Shown here in pieces: positions 1 to 14,969 of a stretch of DNA of 64,000 nucleotides. Position numbers and translations under genes: made by a program. The notes under the pieces were generated by a model. The model ran no database searches. It had not been told where the DNA came from and worked only from the letters and a program-made list of their open reading frames with translations. The stretch's first letter is position 1; each line of letters begins with the position of its first letter. The DNA lies in NCBI GenBank assembly GCA_964016885.1, contig OZ024741.1, positions 349,246,001 through 349,310,000 of the forward strand, in the 5' to 3' direction. The stretch is from Eledone cirrhosa (lineage: Eukaryota).

Positions 1-2182
1 GAAATAAGTAGTGGGGTTTCTGATCGACAAAAAATATTTGAAAACATGGCCGTATTCTGTTGATTGAAATCAATAAAATAATAGAATACTGATAACGCAA
101 GATGGTACCTCAATGTAGAATATTGTCCTTAACTGGGGAGTGCACCATGCATAATGTTTTCCTGGGTGGGGGGATGGCCTTTGATCGTGGAGATGCTCAA
201 TCACGTTTGTCCTGGAATTAAGCAACAATAATACAATTTGAAATCACACCAGAGTAGACCCTAATCACATCGCTGGAATGCACATGAGATCACATCGAAT
301 AGAATCAACAGCAGAGGGTAAGATAGTAATTCAACTTGCTGGAAGCAGCAGTCAAATTTCTCTTACATCAACTCTATTGTTTTAGAAAAGAACACATGCT
401 GAAGAATGTGATCTTGGGTTTACAAGACGCTGGAAAAAACGGGATCGTCACAGCTTAAATGATTTTCAGTATGCAGTACGTGTATGCTGTACGAAAACTG
501 ACCTGGGGCTAAACAAATGTTCTGACATCCGTAGAGAATACAAGTCAACGAGGGAAGTCTCCTGGTGAACGGTTGAGTAGCATTCATATTCACACAAATT
601 ACATCGTCTTAAAGAATGTTATAAAAGATGTAGGGGTACAGACAGCGACGTCTTTGATGCTTGGTATGCTAGATCAAGGTTGACCTGGGGCTAAACAAGA
701 AAAACACACCAAGCCAAAATAAATCATATCATACTTCATCATAGTCTTTATAGAGTAAAGAAATACAGAGACAATACCCACACATACACACATATCAAAC
801 ACATATACACACACACATACACACGCCATGCACACTCTCACACACACACAAGCTGAAATAAAGACACTATCCTGTTTCACATCACGCCACACCACATCAC
901 TTCATATCATCACATAACTGTACATCAGCCCATATTGAATACTGCCAAAATTGGATTGCGTTATAATGCAGCATTACGTAATACATTGATTTTCTTTTCG
1001 ATTCCTTTGTTGATGCTACTACTACTGTTGTTGTTCATTTATACTTTTCTAAAATAATTAACGGAAGTGATGTAACACTTGGTATTTTCGAGATCCGTTT
1101 GCTCACATCAGATGCTGGAATCGATACTCATAGACATGATGCTATTAACTTAATTGGTCACATGGTAGATATTTTCGTGTTGATTTGGTTTGGGACGCCA
1201 CCTACTTCTTAATATTTGTTCGTGTTCGATGGTGCATTGTCTGGGCCATTCATATACCACTCATTGCAGGATTGATCACCGTCAAATGTAATATATCTCG
1301 AGATATTTACAGCCTAACGCACTATCACACCAATACCTACTTCATTCGAAGTTGCTTTTTGTGAGGAATATACGCGGTTGTACAAAATAACACAAGAGCT
1401 GTTGCAAATTATAATAATGAGCCTTCACCGACCACACCGTAGCTAGCATTATTATTAACATTATTTACCTCCAGATATTTCATGGTTGGTGGTACCGGTG
1501 GTCAAATTATTCCACTAGTCGGCCTCTTGCCTTTAATAGAAGCATAGTGTATACAGAAATATATTTCTCGTATTTGTTTTTCTAGAAGAGTTGAGAAATC
1601 AAGGATATATTAGATATTAACATGGTCGATTTGCAGAATATATGATTGCTATTTCTAGCAGATCGAGCTACAACGTAGGTGATCTCTCATTCGTATATAT
1701 TTGGTCTGCTTATATACCAAAGGATTTTTGCATGACCGCAGTTCGACGCTGGTAACTGGATATAAATTGGTAATCGTTTGGTATAATCTGATACCCTGTT
1801 GCTCTCGTAGATGTTATATGTTTAAGTTTCTGATTCACTCAGAGCATCATTTTTGTTGACTATTCGAAACTAATTCAAAACCGATTGGATTCAATCTGAT
1901 GTTACATAAGTCCATGTCTATGAAAGTTGAATTTATAAATAGTAAGCAGGGTGTTGACATGTCTATACATATGTTGAATAAGAACCAAATGAAGGTTTAA
2001 ATTGCACATGTACAACTTTTCTCAAACTTTATTTTTTATTTTCATTTTTATTTTTTTCAATTCTTCTCTGTCTCTGAAGAGATATAAAGATGAAAGATTA
2101 ATCATTGAAACACAAATAAATGAACCAATAAACACATTTACTGGGCATTGTCTCTTACACTATCTATCAGCAACATATTAAA

Positions 2183-2619
2183 AAACACAAATTTAAATTT
2201 TGAAAACCAAACAATGCGTTGTAAAGAACATTAAATCACCAAGATAATAAAATAACCTTACCTTAGCAAATTTAATGATCCCAAATATTTTCGGGTTTAA
2301 GAACCCATTATCAAGGGAGTAACCCGATGAGATACTTTAAAAATCGATCGGTTTGACTTGTTTGCTTGGAGAGCAGATTTAAGTTAAATGAAAATACATT
2401 TTTTTTAAAATTTATTTAACTTAAATCTGCTCTCCAAGCAAGCAAGTCAATCCGATCGAATTATTAAGTCTCTCATAGAGTTACTCCTTTGATAATGGGT
2501 TCTTATTCTTAAAATATTTGGTATCATTAAATTTGCTACTGTAAGATTGTTTAGTAATCTTGGCAATTTCATGTTCTTTCTAACGCATTGTTTAGTTTTC
2601 AAAATTTAAATTTGTGTTT
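2183..2619. repeat. Diverged fold-back inverted repeat, arms about 205 bp
   Basis: AAACACAAATTTAAATTTTGAAAAC...GAGCAGATTTAAGTTAAAT / ATTTAACTTAAATCTGCTC...GTTTTCAAAATTTAAATTTGTGTTT. Confidence 0.88.
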
Positions 2620-3347
2620 CCTATTCAACAATGCTTCAAGCAAGCTACAAAACATATTAATAATATTTTTGTAAACAAAACAAATCAATAAATTGCATCA
2701 TTCTAAAGAATTTCACATATAAATGTTTCAATATCAAATATCGGGAAAATTCGCATTTCATCATTTCGGAGTAAATAAACTAAAGTTTTAGTCCGGAGTG
2801 GTGAGTTGGGGGAATCATAAGAGTGTCAGGCGGATACAATTGCGGCATTAGTTCGATTTGTTTTTCTTTATCCTGAGTTAAAATCTCACCGTAGCCTACA
2901 TGAATATTAGATTAACCTATTTGACTAGTAGACGTAATAGTTTAATTGGTTTTATGCCTGCAAAGACCCTTAATTGATATTGGAGAAGTCTACTCAGTTG
3001 CATGTGTTTAGACTAGGTCTCTGATTTTATCACAAACCACGTCAACAGGAGTCTCAGAAACAGAGAAAGAAAGAAAAACGTGTGCGCGCGTGTGTGTGTA
3101 CGTGTGTGTGTATGTGCGTGTGTGTGTGCGTGTGTGTGCGTGTGTGTGCGCGCGTGTGTGCGTTTGTGTACGTTTGTGTACGTGTGTGTGCGTGTGTCTG
3201 CGCGTGTGTTTATGTGTATGTTAGAACACAAATGCATGCGCAAAATTACTTGCAAGGTGACTGATGAAATCCACTGATGGAATTGTCTGTTCGACTTATA
3301 ACTGTGTTTTCTATGTGCATTTACACACACACATACACACACGCACG

Positions 3348-3454
<107 letters not shown>

Positions 3455-3904
3455 ATGAAGGTGTTCCATTTTGCAAGCTATTCTCACCAATTACCTCATG
3501 TATCTGAGTTGATGAAATAACGAAGTATGCCAATTTATAGTTCAACCAAATAATATTTAGGGGTTGCACACGTTCACATCTTTTTATTTAGGACGAGTTT
3601 TAAAAATCTGATATGTAGTATATTCTCCTTTCTTTTCACTTTACTGAATCCAGTGAGGAAACGACACAACAGAATAAAATGAAAATATGCAGGCCGAATA
3701 CGTTCTAATTACTGCAATTAGCCAGTACATTACTGGTACTTTATTTTATCGACGACGTAAGGATGAAAGGCAAAGTTAACCTTGGCGGGATTTGTACACA
3801 ATAATGTTAGAAAGAACCACTTTATATGAATGAAATTTATAACCGGAAACAGCATCCTTTGTTCTCAGGTGCACTTATTTCCTTTGCTCCGCAACAGAGA
3901 GATT

Positions 3905-3950
<46 letters not shown>

Positions 3951-4674
3951 AATGTCTCTGTTTGTCAGTGTGCTCTGTATTACAATTACTAATACCATTA
4001 TACCTCTTATTGATATTTTCAAAAGCCGTTATCAAAATTCTAATACTGATGCTACATCTGCTGCTCTTCCACTACTGCTGCTGCTGCTGCTGCTGCTGCT
4101 ACTACTACTACTACTAATAATAATAATAATACAACCACCACCCCCACCACAGGCACTAATGATAAAAATAATGACGATAATGATAATTAATATCATAGTT
4201 ATCATCATATTTATTCTTTTATAACTATAACAGGATGATGATGTGAATGATGATGATGATGATGACGATGTTAATGATGATAGTAATATGAATACAAGTA
4301 TACTGCATTAATCAACGATGTGCACCTAACGGCAGTCTGTAAATGTCAGCACTGCGTACTTGCAGGTCTCCCTGACCTAAACTATAGCAACAGTTTTACC
4401 ATAAATCAAAATTAACTGACCACAATGTCCGGTTTCTGTGAGACGTGTACCGAACAGGGCATCAAAATCAATCTTCTGCACTCAAGTACCCAATCGATTG
4501 GTTATCAGCTTATTATGTTTGTGAATTCGACTGTCTGTGTATAATTATGCATGGAAGTATGTCTTGAAAGAGAGATGAAAGACGGGAGAGAGTTTCAGAG
4601 AGCGAGTAGGTGAAGACAGACTGCGTGTATATATTACATAAACTTGAATTCATACACACATACATACACACACA

Positions 4675-4756
<82 letters not shown>

Positions 4757-5273
4757 TATATATAGATATATATATATGTATATATAATAAATGTAATCTG
4801 AATTTTTCGAATATTAATAACATTCGATTCGCTTGCAATTATGCAAACAAGCCTCAATTTTATAGCCATGTCAGTAGAATGAACACTTCATTCTTGCTCT
4901 TATGTTGGCATGCGAACAGAACTGCATATTCAGCCGTGTAGTGCCAAATTTTCTTTATATATATATATATATATATATAGGAAAAGAGTCAAGACCCAGA
5001 CGGCTGAGCTCCAACCGGTTCGAAAGCTAGATCCGAACTGTTCGGATCTAGCTGTCGAAACGGCCGGAGTTCAGCCATCGGGGTCCTGACTCTTTTCCTA
5101 TTACCCACTCTACTATCCTAAGTATCGAGTACACTGGTGCGTTATGGTCCACCTGGTTCCTTACTACACTTTCTTACTACACTACTCGATACTTAGGATA
5201 GTAGAGTGGGTAATAGGAAAAGACTCAGGACCCCGATGGCTGAGCTCCGGCCGTTTCGACAGCTAGATCCGAA

Positions 5274-6182
5274 CACTTCCTCCCGTATCGTTGGTAGTGG
5301 GGTTCTTTCTTTCTTTCTCACATCTCACTCAAGTCGGACGGTCTGTATTCTGAACGCTCATGAAATTCACCCAGATTGTGCTGACCGGATAACCATGCTG
5401 CTTGTATTTTTTCCTATCTTCGGTTTGCTTTTATCCTTCTATGTTGTTTACTTGTCTCACTCGCTTTACGCGACTCACTTGTCCCAACAGCTTTTTTTAG
5501 TTATTGCTCGCACCAACCTGAGGTATATGATTTTTAATGCGATGAAATACCAATGATGGTTGGCAAATCACTGACGAGGGACAAATTTTATAATATGTAA
5601 CCCATGTGCAACCATGCAGTATTCCCCTTCTCATGTTTTTTATACATATTTACCTCGGCTGCGTTTGTCTGTTTCTCTCTTTCTCTCTTACTGCTCCCCC
5701 GTTCTCTCTGTTTCTCTCACCTTCTTTCGCCCCCTCTGTCAGTTACACTTTCTCTCGACTGACCTCTTCCTCGCACTTCCACTCACTCACTCTCTGTTTC
5801 TCCCCTTCTCACTTCCTCCCGTATCGTTGGTAATGCGGTTCTTTCTTTCTTTCTCACATCTTACTCACGTCGGACGGTCTGTATTCTGAACGCTCATGAA
5901 ATTCACCCAGCTTATGCTGACCGGATAACCATGTTGCTTGTTTTTTTTCCTAACTTCGGTTTGCTTTTATCCTTCTATGTTGTTTACTTGTCTCACTCGC
6001 TTTACGCGACTCACTTGTCCCAATAGTTTATTTTAGTTATTGCTCGCACCAACCTGAGGTATATGATTTTTAATGCGATGAAATACCAATGATGGTTGGC
6101 AAATCACTGACGAGGGACTAATTTTATAGTATGTAACCCATGTGCAACCACGCAGTATTCCCCTTCTTCTCATGTTTTTATA
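5274..6182 (+). repeat. Direct repeat of about 370 bp, period 536
   Basis: 5274-5645 matches 5810-6182; GTATCGTTGG at 5285/5821, CTGACGA at 5571/6107. Confidence 0.92.
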
Positions 6183-6203
6183 TATATATATATATATGTG
6201 TGT

Positions 6204-6304
<101 letters not shown>

Positions 6305-6454
6305 AAGTTTAAAATACTGGAGCGTGTTGGAGTTAAACACCCTCTTCGTATTATAGAAATGACAGTAAAAGGTATAGCTCAATGTAGTTAAACAGAGCCG
6401 AAAAGTTAAGAGAGTAAAACAAAGAAGCCTTCAATACATCAAAAGTCTTTATTA

Positions 6455-6492
6455 GCCGACAATGTTTCGTCCTATTAAGGACTCATCAGGGC
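6455..6492 (-). ncRNA. Minimal type I hammerhead ribozyme motif (inverted partner)
   Basis: Reverse complement: GCC-CTGATGA-GTCC ttaata GGAC-GAAAC-att-GTC-GGC, canonical core. Confidence 0.88.
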
Positions 6493-6601
6493 AATTCAAA
6501 CAACAAGAAGTAATAACGGCAGATACAAGCCAGAAGCTCCGAAGATATTCTTCGGAGCTTCTGGCTTGTATCTTCCGTTATTACTTCTTGTTGTTTGAAT
6601 T

Positions 6602-6639
6602 GCCCTGATGAGTCCTTAATAGGACGAAAGATTGTCGGC
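6602..6639 (+). ncRNA. Minimal type I hammerhead ribozyme motif
   Basis: GCC-CTGATGA-GTCC ttaata GGAC-GAAA-gatt-GTC-GGC; AATAAA at 6641. Confidence 0.8.
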
Positions 6640-7026
6640 TAATAAAGACTTTTGATGTATTGAAGGCTTCTTTGTTTTACTCTCTTAATATATATATATA
6701 TATATATGGGTGGCTGTGTAGGGGTGTGGGGGTGTAAATATAAATCTAGATATATATACTATATAAGCTAGAGATCAAATTCTGTCCCGAATATGGAGTG
6801 TCATTTGACCGAAGCCTGATGAAACTTATCCCGGTTTCATTGACACAAATCGACTATGACTACAAGACAACGGAATTTTAACCCCCAGGTGTTGCTGTGA
6901 GTTGACTGGAGAAACCTGAAATGAAGTATGTTGCTGAAAAATACAACGCACCACCGGCTCGAAAAATCTAACTCATGACATTAGGATTGTAAGCCAATCA
7001 CTCTACATCCAAGGCTGAGCACCTTC

Positions 7027-7067
<41 letters not shown>

Positions 7068-7071
<4 letters not shown>

Positions 7072-7782
7072 AAATTGAGGTTGGTAATGGCACATGGAAT
7101 ATATAAGAGACAGAATACTGTTTTGTGAAAAAACATATAATTTTATAAGGTAAGGAAATAATAAAGGGTATAAAAAATGACCGGTTTCGATGGGTCTGCA
7201 AAAGCCATCTTTTCAAATGTTGATTAATATTAAGAGAAATTAATAATAAGAAGAGTTAAAATTTGAGATTTGAAAATTCAAGTATAAAATTCATTGTGGG
7301 ATTTCATAGTAGTTTTCATCTTGGTAGCAGCTCGTTGACTGCTTCTGGTAGTGAATGAGAAGTTATTTGGGGGTGTGGGTTATTTTATAAAGGTCAAATA
7401 TTGCTTCCACCCCTTCACTGACCAGCAGCTGGTCATCTGGCCATTGCTAAATTTGACCTTTATAAAATAACCCACACCCCCAAATAACTTCTCATTCACT
7501 ACCAGAAGCAGTCAACGAGCTGCTACCAAGATGAAAACTACTATGAAATCCCACAATGAATTTTATACTTGAATTTTCAAATCTCAAATTTTAACTCTTC
7601 TTATTATTAATTTCTCTTAATATTGATCAACATTTGAAAAGATGGCTTTTGCAGACCCATCGAAACCGGTCATTTTTTATACCCTTTATTATTTCCTTAC
7701 CTTATAAAATTATATGTTTTTTCACAAAAAAGTATTCTGTCTCTTATATATTCCATGTGCCATTACCAACCTCAATTTTCTC
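7068..7782. repeat. Near-perfect inverted repeat, arms about 330 bp
   Basis: 7068-7399 is the reverse complement of 7451-7782; the same spurious peptide appears on both strands in the ORF track. Confidence 0.95.
7629..7676 (+). ncRNA. Hammerhead motif, U3:A8 core variant
   Basis: aacat-TTGAAAA-GATGG..CCATC-GAAAC-CG-GTC-atttt; stem I weak (4/5); inverted copy 7174-7221. Confidence 0.62.
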
Positions 7783-7819
7783 TATAACCTTCGTTTTGTG
7801 TAGTAAATTACACTTTTCA

Positions 7820-7918
<99 letters not shown>

Positions 7919-8156
7919 TTATTTATTTATTTATTTAGGAACACTTCAGGGCGGCCGACCAGGATAGAGGTCGCTAAATGTTCGGTCACCCTCAGGTCTC
8001 TGATTTTCAGCCCCATGGATTGTGTCTATTATATTCCTTTGTTATATTTCAAATACCTGATGATGTCACCGATGCATACTGAACCCGGTCATTGAAATGG
8101 TCATAGTATAATAAACCTTTCAAGGAAGTGCTCCAGTCCAGCCTCCTGTTATTATT

Positions 8157-8320
<164 letters not shown>

Positions 8321-8631
8321 AAGTAATTGCGTCGGAAAAGTCCAGGAAAAAAGAGTCCCTCTATGTAGGTAACAGAGTTTAATAGTTATGTAATAAACAA
8401 CATAAGGCAATTATTCCATTTACCAGTGGTTTCTTAAAAGCAAAAGATTTTGCTTTCAATCCTAAGAATGAAAAAATCCTGGTCTGTTTATTGAATTTGG
8501 ATTTTAAAAACAAAAATGCAATCTATATGAAAGTAAGGCTGGAGAAGGAAGAAGGAAAGGAAAAATAAAATAAAACTACACATGCAAACACACACACAAA
8601 AACACGCACACACACACACAAAAGCATACAT

Positions 8632-8708
<77 letters not shown>

Positions 8709-8709
8709 C

Positions 8710-9320
8710 ATGGTGGCTGCCAACTCGTTTTCGAGTACGGCCACTGCTTTATATCCATGTAGGAGAACTCCTACCGATGTGCTGAACGAGTGTGACTTTT
8801 TAGTCCAGCCAGCGACTTGAAGACTCTGGTACAAACACTACACTTGTGACAATTATTGACACATAGTACTGGGCCCATGGTACCATGTGACGACAAGTGC
8901 AGAGAGATCTCCAGATATAAAGCAATGCCTGTGCCGTGAAGCTTTTATAGTGAGCAAAGGCACTGCACAAAGCCAGTCCCACTCTCTTAACCAAGATGAT
9001 ATTTACCAAAAAGAAGAAAAAGTCAACATCATTGGATACCATCAGAGTTGCAGGTGTTATATCAGAGTTTTCCTTCTCCTAGAATTCTGCCTTGACAAAG
9101 GCTAAGAGGTCATCTCTCCCAGTGATTTTGGATGGCCATTGACTCTTAAGAGCTCCTTTGCCCTTTGACAGGTTTTGTTTTTAGTCCTGCCGGATGTCCA
9201 AAGTCACCCTCCTCACCAAGAAACCTTGGTGGGGTTGCCAGTTTAGTCGCCAACGACCCGACCATGAGACAGGTTGTACTGGGATACATGTTACCAGTAG
9301 CACCAACTGGTGACCTGACA
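8710..9320 (-). mobile_element. Internally deleted, non-autonomous RTE-like element
   Basis: Minus strand 8842-8777 reads CSVCTRVFKSLAGLKSHTRSAH (C2H2 finger of the kind ending RTE-BovB-type ORFs). Upstream part carries GAGGAAGGAAAACTCTGA, resembling RTE 5' UTRs (from recall). Flanked by TA/CA tracts. Confidence 0.55.
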
Positions 9321-9533
9321 TATATATACATACACTCATACATACACACACATATATACACACATATATGTGTATATAAATACACACATACACATACATA
9401 TACACATATATACATACGTACATAAATATCAATACATACATACATACACATACATATATACAACCACACACACACATATACACACATACATACACATAGA
9501 AACATAAATATAAATACGTATACATACACACAT

Positions 9534-9583
<50 letters not shown>

Positions 9584-10177
9584 ATATATGTGTACAAGCA
9601 TACACATATACAAACATAGCCATGCACACATACATATACATCCATACATACATGCACACAATCATACATATATACGCATGTACATACATACACATACATA
9701 AATGCACTCCTCTACATATTCACACACGCAAATAAATATAAGAAAAAATATATATATAAAAATAAAAAAAAAAATTAAAAAAATGTTGACGGCGATACAA
9801 ACGGCGGGTAGCTGGAAAGACACGCGTGGTAAGTAATACACACAAATGCACGTATACATACGTACGAAATAGTAAATACATACACACTCTCACACATAAA
9901 TATACATATACAAATACATAAACACATACATACACATACACAAATACATGCACAAACACGCACACGCATACGTATACAATTATACACACACATATAGACA
10001 CACAATATGTATATATATACACATACATATATATATATATACATAAATATATATATACACATACATATATATATTTATACATAAATATAAAAATACACAC
10101 ACACATATATATGCATACATACACACACACATATACATACATAGCTATACAATTATACACATACAAATACGTACAAC

Positions 10178-10261
<84 letters not shown>

Positions 10262-10483
10262 CATACACATATACATGTGTGTGTGTGTAAAACTCAGTCT
10301 TAGATAATTCATATGAACCTTACATATACATATATATAGTAGTAAAGTAATAAAGTAATAAGCAACATAAGGCAATTATTCCATTCACCAGTGGTTTCTT
10401 AAAAGCAAAAATCGTTTCCTTCAATCTTCAGAATGAAAAAAACCTGATCTATCTACATATACATACATATACACACACAAATA

Positions 10484-10521
<38 letters not shown>

Positions 10522-10539
10522 CATATACACACACAAATA

Positions 10540-10607
<68 letters not shown>

Positions 10608-10794
10608 TAAATATACATACACATACACATAGGTATGTGAAGGGCAAGGCAAAAAGAATATATGGGGGGAGGGAACATAGGAAAAGGTGAAATATAAGGG
10701 GAGGTAAGGGAGAAAAAAATATATATACAAGAGTATAGAACGTAGATTCAGCAAAATAAAAAACCGTAGCAGAAGTAAAGAGGAGAGAAGGAGT

Positions 10795-11420
10795 TCAAGG
10801 TTGATTTATCATAGGAGTGTCAATCCAGTTACAGATCAGATGCGATTTCAGATGAGGACAGCATCTGAATATCTCAGTCTTTGAGTTAAGGCAAGCGGAA
10901 GTGGCTCTTAAGTTTAGCAAAATCCTATATTTTTCTGTGGTACACAAAGAACAATTCTTTGTGCCCCTTTGGTACTCCTTCGAATGGTCTAATATAGACC
11001 AATCAATAGAGTACGGGATGTTACTATCCTTGAGTTCCCACACCTTACTTGCGAGGGCCGTTGATGTTCGTTTATCGGAGTGCTTAAAAGAAGCGACATG
11101 TGAGTAAAATCTGGTTTTAAACCTGTCCTGGGTCACACCGACATATCGCTCACTCCTGGCTGGCTGGTTGTTGATTACCGGTGTTATCTTAGCCTCATAA
11201 ACAACAGATTTGGTGTTACATTTACCCTGCAATGGGCATTCATCCGGCTTCCTGCAACTGCATCCTGGATTTGTTCTCATATGGTTTGAACTGGTGATTT
11301 TGGACTTCATAGATGGGCAACAAGAGTAGCTGATCTTAACTACGTTCCTATTAAATATCTTATAATATCTATGATTAGGAGGAAAATATTTGTCTAAGAG
11401 TTCAAGGAATTTCCTTCCTT
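10795..11420 (-). pseudogene. Penelope-like element fragment: RT-EN linker plus GIY-YIG endonuclease
   Basis: KYFPPNHRYYKIFNRNVVKISYSC, CSCRKPDECPLQGKC, SVVYEA..RYVGVT (GIY-YIG), FKTRF..H, CSLCTTEK, LNSKTE. Confidence 0.9.
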
Positions 11421-12787
11421 CAGAGAAAGTAAAGAGCCAGAATAAATACCACAAAGCATTCTATCCGATGTTCTAACGCCGCCAAACCTTATAAATATAT
11501 ATACGCAAATTATGATAGATTTGATTTCTTCTTTCTTTAGAGTTATAGCAATAAAATGTTCTGTGAATCGGTCTAAACGTCTATACTTTTCTATGAAATT
11601 TCGTACTTAATGTCTGAAAGACAGAAACATACAGATATATATTGAAAGGCGACACACAAACACACCCGAGCGCACACAAACACACAGAGACACATATACG
11701 TATTTGTCATTACAGATGTATGTGGTACACGAATTGTCTGATGTTGTTGTTGTATAGCAGTACGTCAGTTTAATTGTAAACAAGTATCATCAAACATTTC
11801 AGCTGAAACTATTTGAATTGTTATCCAGACTGATGACTCGCAGAACCAACAGAACGTTGAAAAAAATATTTTGATTATTTCCTTTCACAGTTTATATCTC
11901 GCAAGACTTGGCTTCCGTTTTCCTTCTTCAAGGTTGAATACCCATTACTTTAAAATTTGTGATCTTGTGTCTGCGTTATAAACTATATTGTGACATTCAC
12001 CGATTTCTAACACAGACGAAGTTTCAAATTTAAGAGAAGGCATAGAGATGATGTCGGCAACAATAGAAGGTGATCTGAAATAAATACGCATTTTGTTTGA
12101 TGCTCAAAAAGGCCTAAGAATCCATTGCAATATATCTTTCCATTATATTAAGAGAAACATTACATGTATTATACATAATATAATATTTATATAATACGCA
12201 ATACTGTCTTGAATGCTATATATTTATCTTAAGCGAGAATCTTATATCCATATATGATAATTTCAGCAGAATAGAATGCAAGAGTAATAAAAATAAAATG
12301 TATATTACTAGCTGGATCGTTATTTCACGCGCTTCATTGAATCCACCTTACTCGATTGTCTTCTCCTATTTGCACTCCTAATCTAACTCTGATACCCAAA
12401 TAAATGCCCTGTAATTTAATTGCCCGTTGTCTGTTCTTGACTACAGTTAGTCATATTACCAGGAGTTCGGTGGAATTTCATAGAAATTTAAAACGTCAAC
12501 ATTACGTTAGTTTCCTTGAAATGAGAGTTCGTTCATTGCATCGCTTAAAACACATCATCTCCTTTAATAGCCTTTACTTCATATTAGCTTAGCTTCGGAC
12601 TATTCCGCGCCCTTCTTTTGTTGATCTTCGCTACACTTATCCCATTTTACGCCTCATTTCCGTATAATAATTCTAATTTCCTATTCCATATTCTCATGTT
12701 GCCTTTAATCTAAATTCTTTCTTCATTCTTCATTTTTCTTCATTATTTGCTTTCTTATTGTTTGTGTCTTTGTGTGTCTAATTTACT

Positions 12788-13046
12788 TATATATATATGT
12801 GTGTGTGTGAGTTTGCGTGTGTATGTGTGTATGTATGTCTGTGTCTGTGGGTGTCTGTGTGTTTGTGTGTGTATGCGTGTGTAGTGTGTGTGTGTGCATA
12901 TGCGTGGGCATATACATACTTACATATATATATGTATGTATACATATATATATATGTATATATATATATGTATATATATATATATGTAGATATATATATA
13001 TATGTATATATATATATATGTATATATATATATGTATATATATATG

Positions 13047-13078
<32 letters not shown>

Positions 13079-13089
13079 TACATATACAA

Positions 13090-13168
<79 letters not shown>

Positions 13169-13269
13169 CAAATATATATATATACGTATATATAAATAAG
13201 TGTGTGTGTATGTGTTTATAGATATATTTGCAGACATTCTCACACGTACACACAAATGGGCACACACAC

Positions 13270-13316
<47 letters not shown>

Positions 13317-13360
13317 TATGTAATACCTATGTGTGTGTCTGGGTGTGTCTGTGTACACAT
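12788..13360. repeat. Compound (TA)n/(TG)n microsatellite field, representative of dozens in the window
   Basis: Read directly; similar fields at 3080-3455, 9320-10620, 26080-26350, 36315-36575, 48860-49010, 63783-64000. Confidence 0.97.
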
Positions 13361-13743
13361 GTATGTGTGTGGGGACGTGTTTGTGTGGAATGAGGTTGAG
13401 ACAATTCCTTTCTATATCCAAATCATTATTTTTTTCATTCTCTTGTATACAGATTTCTTTTATTTCATCAGGGCGTATTTCTTCTTTTCATTTTTATTAT
13501 CAGTATAGTTTGGTTATTGTTTTTACTATTATTATCATTGACATCATCATCAACAACAGCAATGCCATCATCATCATCAGCATCATCATCATCATCATCA
13601 TTATGAACATAATCATTCTTGGAGTTGTCATCGTCATCGTCTAACCTATCATCATCATCGTCAACATTATCAAAACCACAACCACAGCCGGAAAAAAATC
13701 ACCACCATAAAAATAAAACCCGAATGAGGTGCACGGAAACCAT

Positions 13744-13744
<1 letters not shown>

Positions 13745-13774
<30 letters not shown>

Positions 13775-13801
13775 AAGAAGAAGAAGAAGAAGAAGAAGAA
13801 G
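13745..13801 (+). repeat. (AAG)n microsatellite
   Basis: Pure AAG run. Confidence 0.97.
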
Positions 13802-14821
13802 ACAGTAGGTTCGAATTTCACCACGTTCTTTTTATTACATAATCGCTGTTATATGTATTTCGATTTCATCCGTTTTATAATCCGTCCATAATCAATTAGT
13901 AAACTCTCTGAAGAGATCGTATCTATTCAGACCGTTCTCAATTGTATATTCCTTTTATGTGATATACAGCTGATGGGATTAAATTGCTGTTCCTTCAGTC
14001 CTTTATTTTATATTCCCTAGAAGCATGAAAGGTAAAGTTAACTACTGCAGAATTTGAACACAGCGCGAAAAGACCAGTAACTACATTCCACAAGGCATTT
14101 CCCAATCATTTGCGCTTCTGCCACTAACAACAACTAATTTTTTAACTCAAAGAAGGAAATATTTAGAGGATGTCTACATCTCGAATGCCAACTCCTTTCT
14201 AAGTGGAAACACTTAATGAATTCGTCAGAGCTTCAGACACATTGATATTGATTTCTACACTTTCTAAGTAAATTTTTTTTCGACTTTACATAATAGGGTA
14301 CAACTTCTATACTACTTTATTCCAAAGCTAAAATGAATATAAACATCTCTATATTACATACCACCACATAATGCCATACATCCGTTACATTGCGAATAAA
14401 GCAATTACACAAACACTAACATAACCATTTCAATTTTACATCTTGAATTACTTCCCTTTGTTATACTTCGTTAATAATATACAAATATGGATATGCCACC
14501 AGTGCTTTGAGAATACAACAGAAAACTTCAGCACAGGGCATATCAAAATATCGAAATAGCATACGTAAACTTTGTTCCATAACAATGTTTTTTCTGTTTT
14601 TCCTGTTCAAGTTCTAGCTGTCTGATGAGGACATAGCTGTTGCATAATGGTTATCACCGAAATATATATATAACTGCGAATATGAATAAACGAAGTTAAT
14701 TTTAACCTGTTGACTTACACTTCTTGTTTTTGAATTGCTCCGAAGTAAACAGACCCACTGCGCACTTCGTTGAGTGCTCTACCCTGCATACTGAAGTATC
14801 GGTAATTAACCACCACATACT

Positions 14822-14969
<148 letters not shown>

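Larger units (their letters stand above)
6406..6688. repeat. Near-perfect palindrome, arms about 140 bp
   Basis: Centre GAAGCTCCGAAGA-tat-TCTTCGGAGCTTC near 6547. Confidence 0.95.

Noticed and set aside
300-700. Recurrent GACCTGGGGCTAAACAA motif (500, 683; variants near 23770, 23955)
   Set aside because: Probably an old dispersed repeat, but boundaries and class cannot be determined
8055-8110. CTGATGA..GAAATGGTC hammerhead candidate (also 2324, 50539, 55460)
   Set aside because: Core or stems too decayed; counted only as probable remnants
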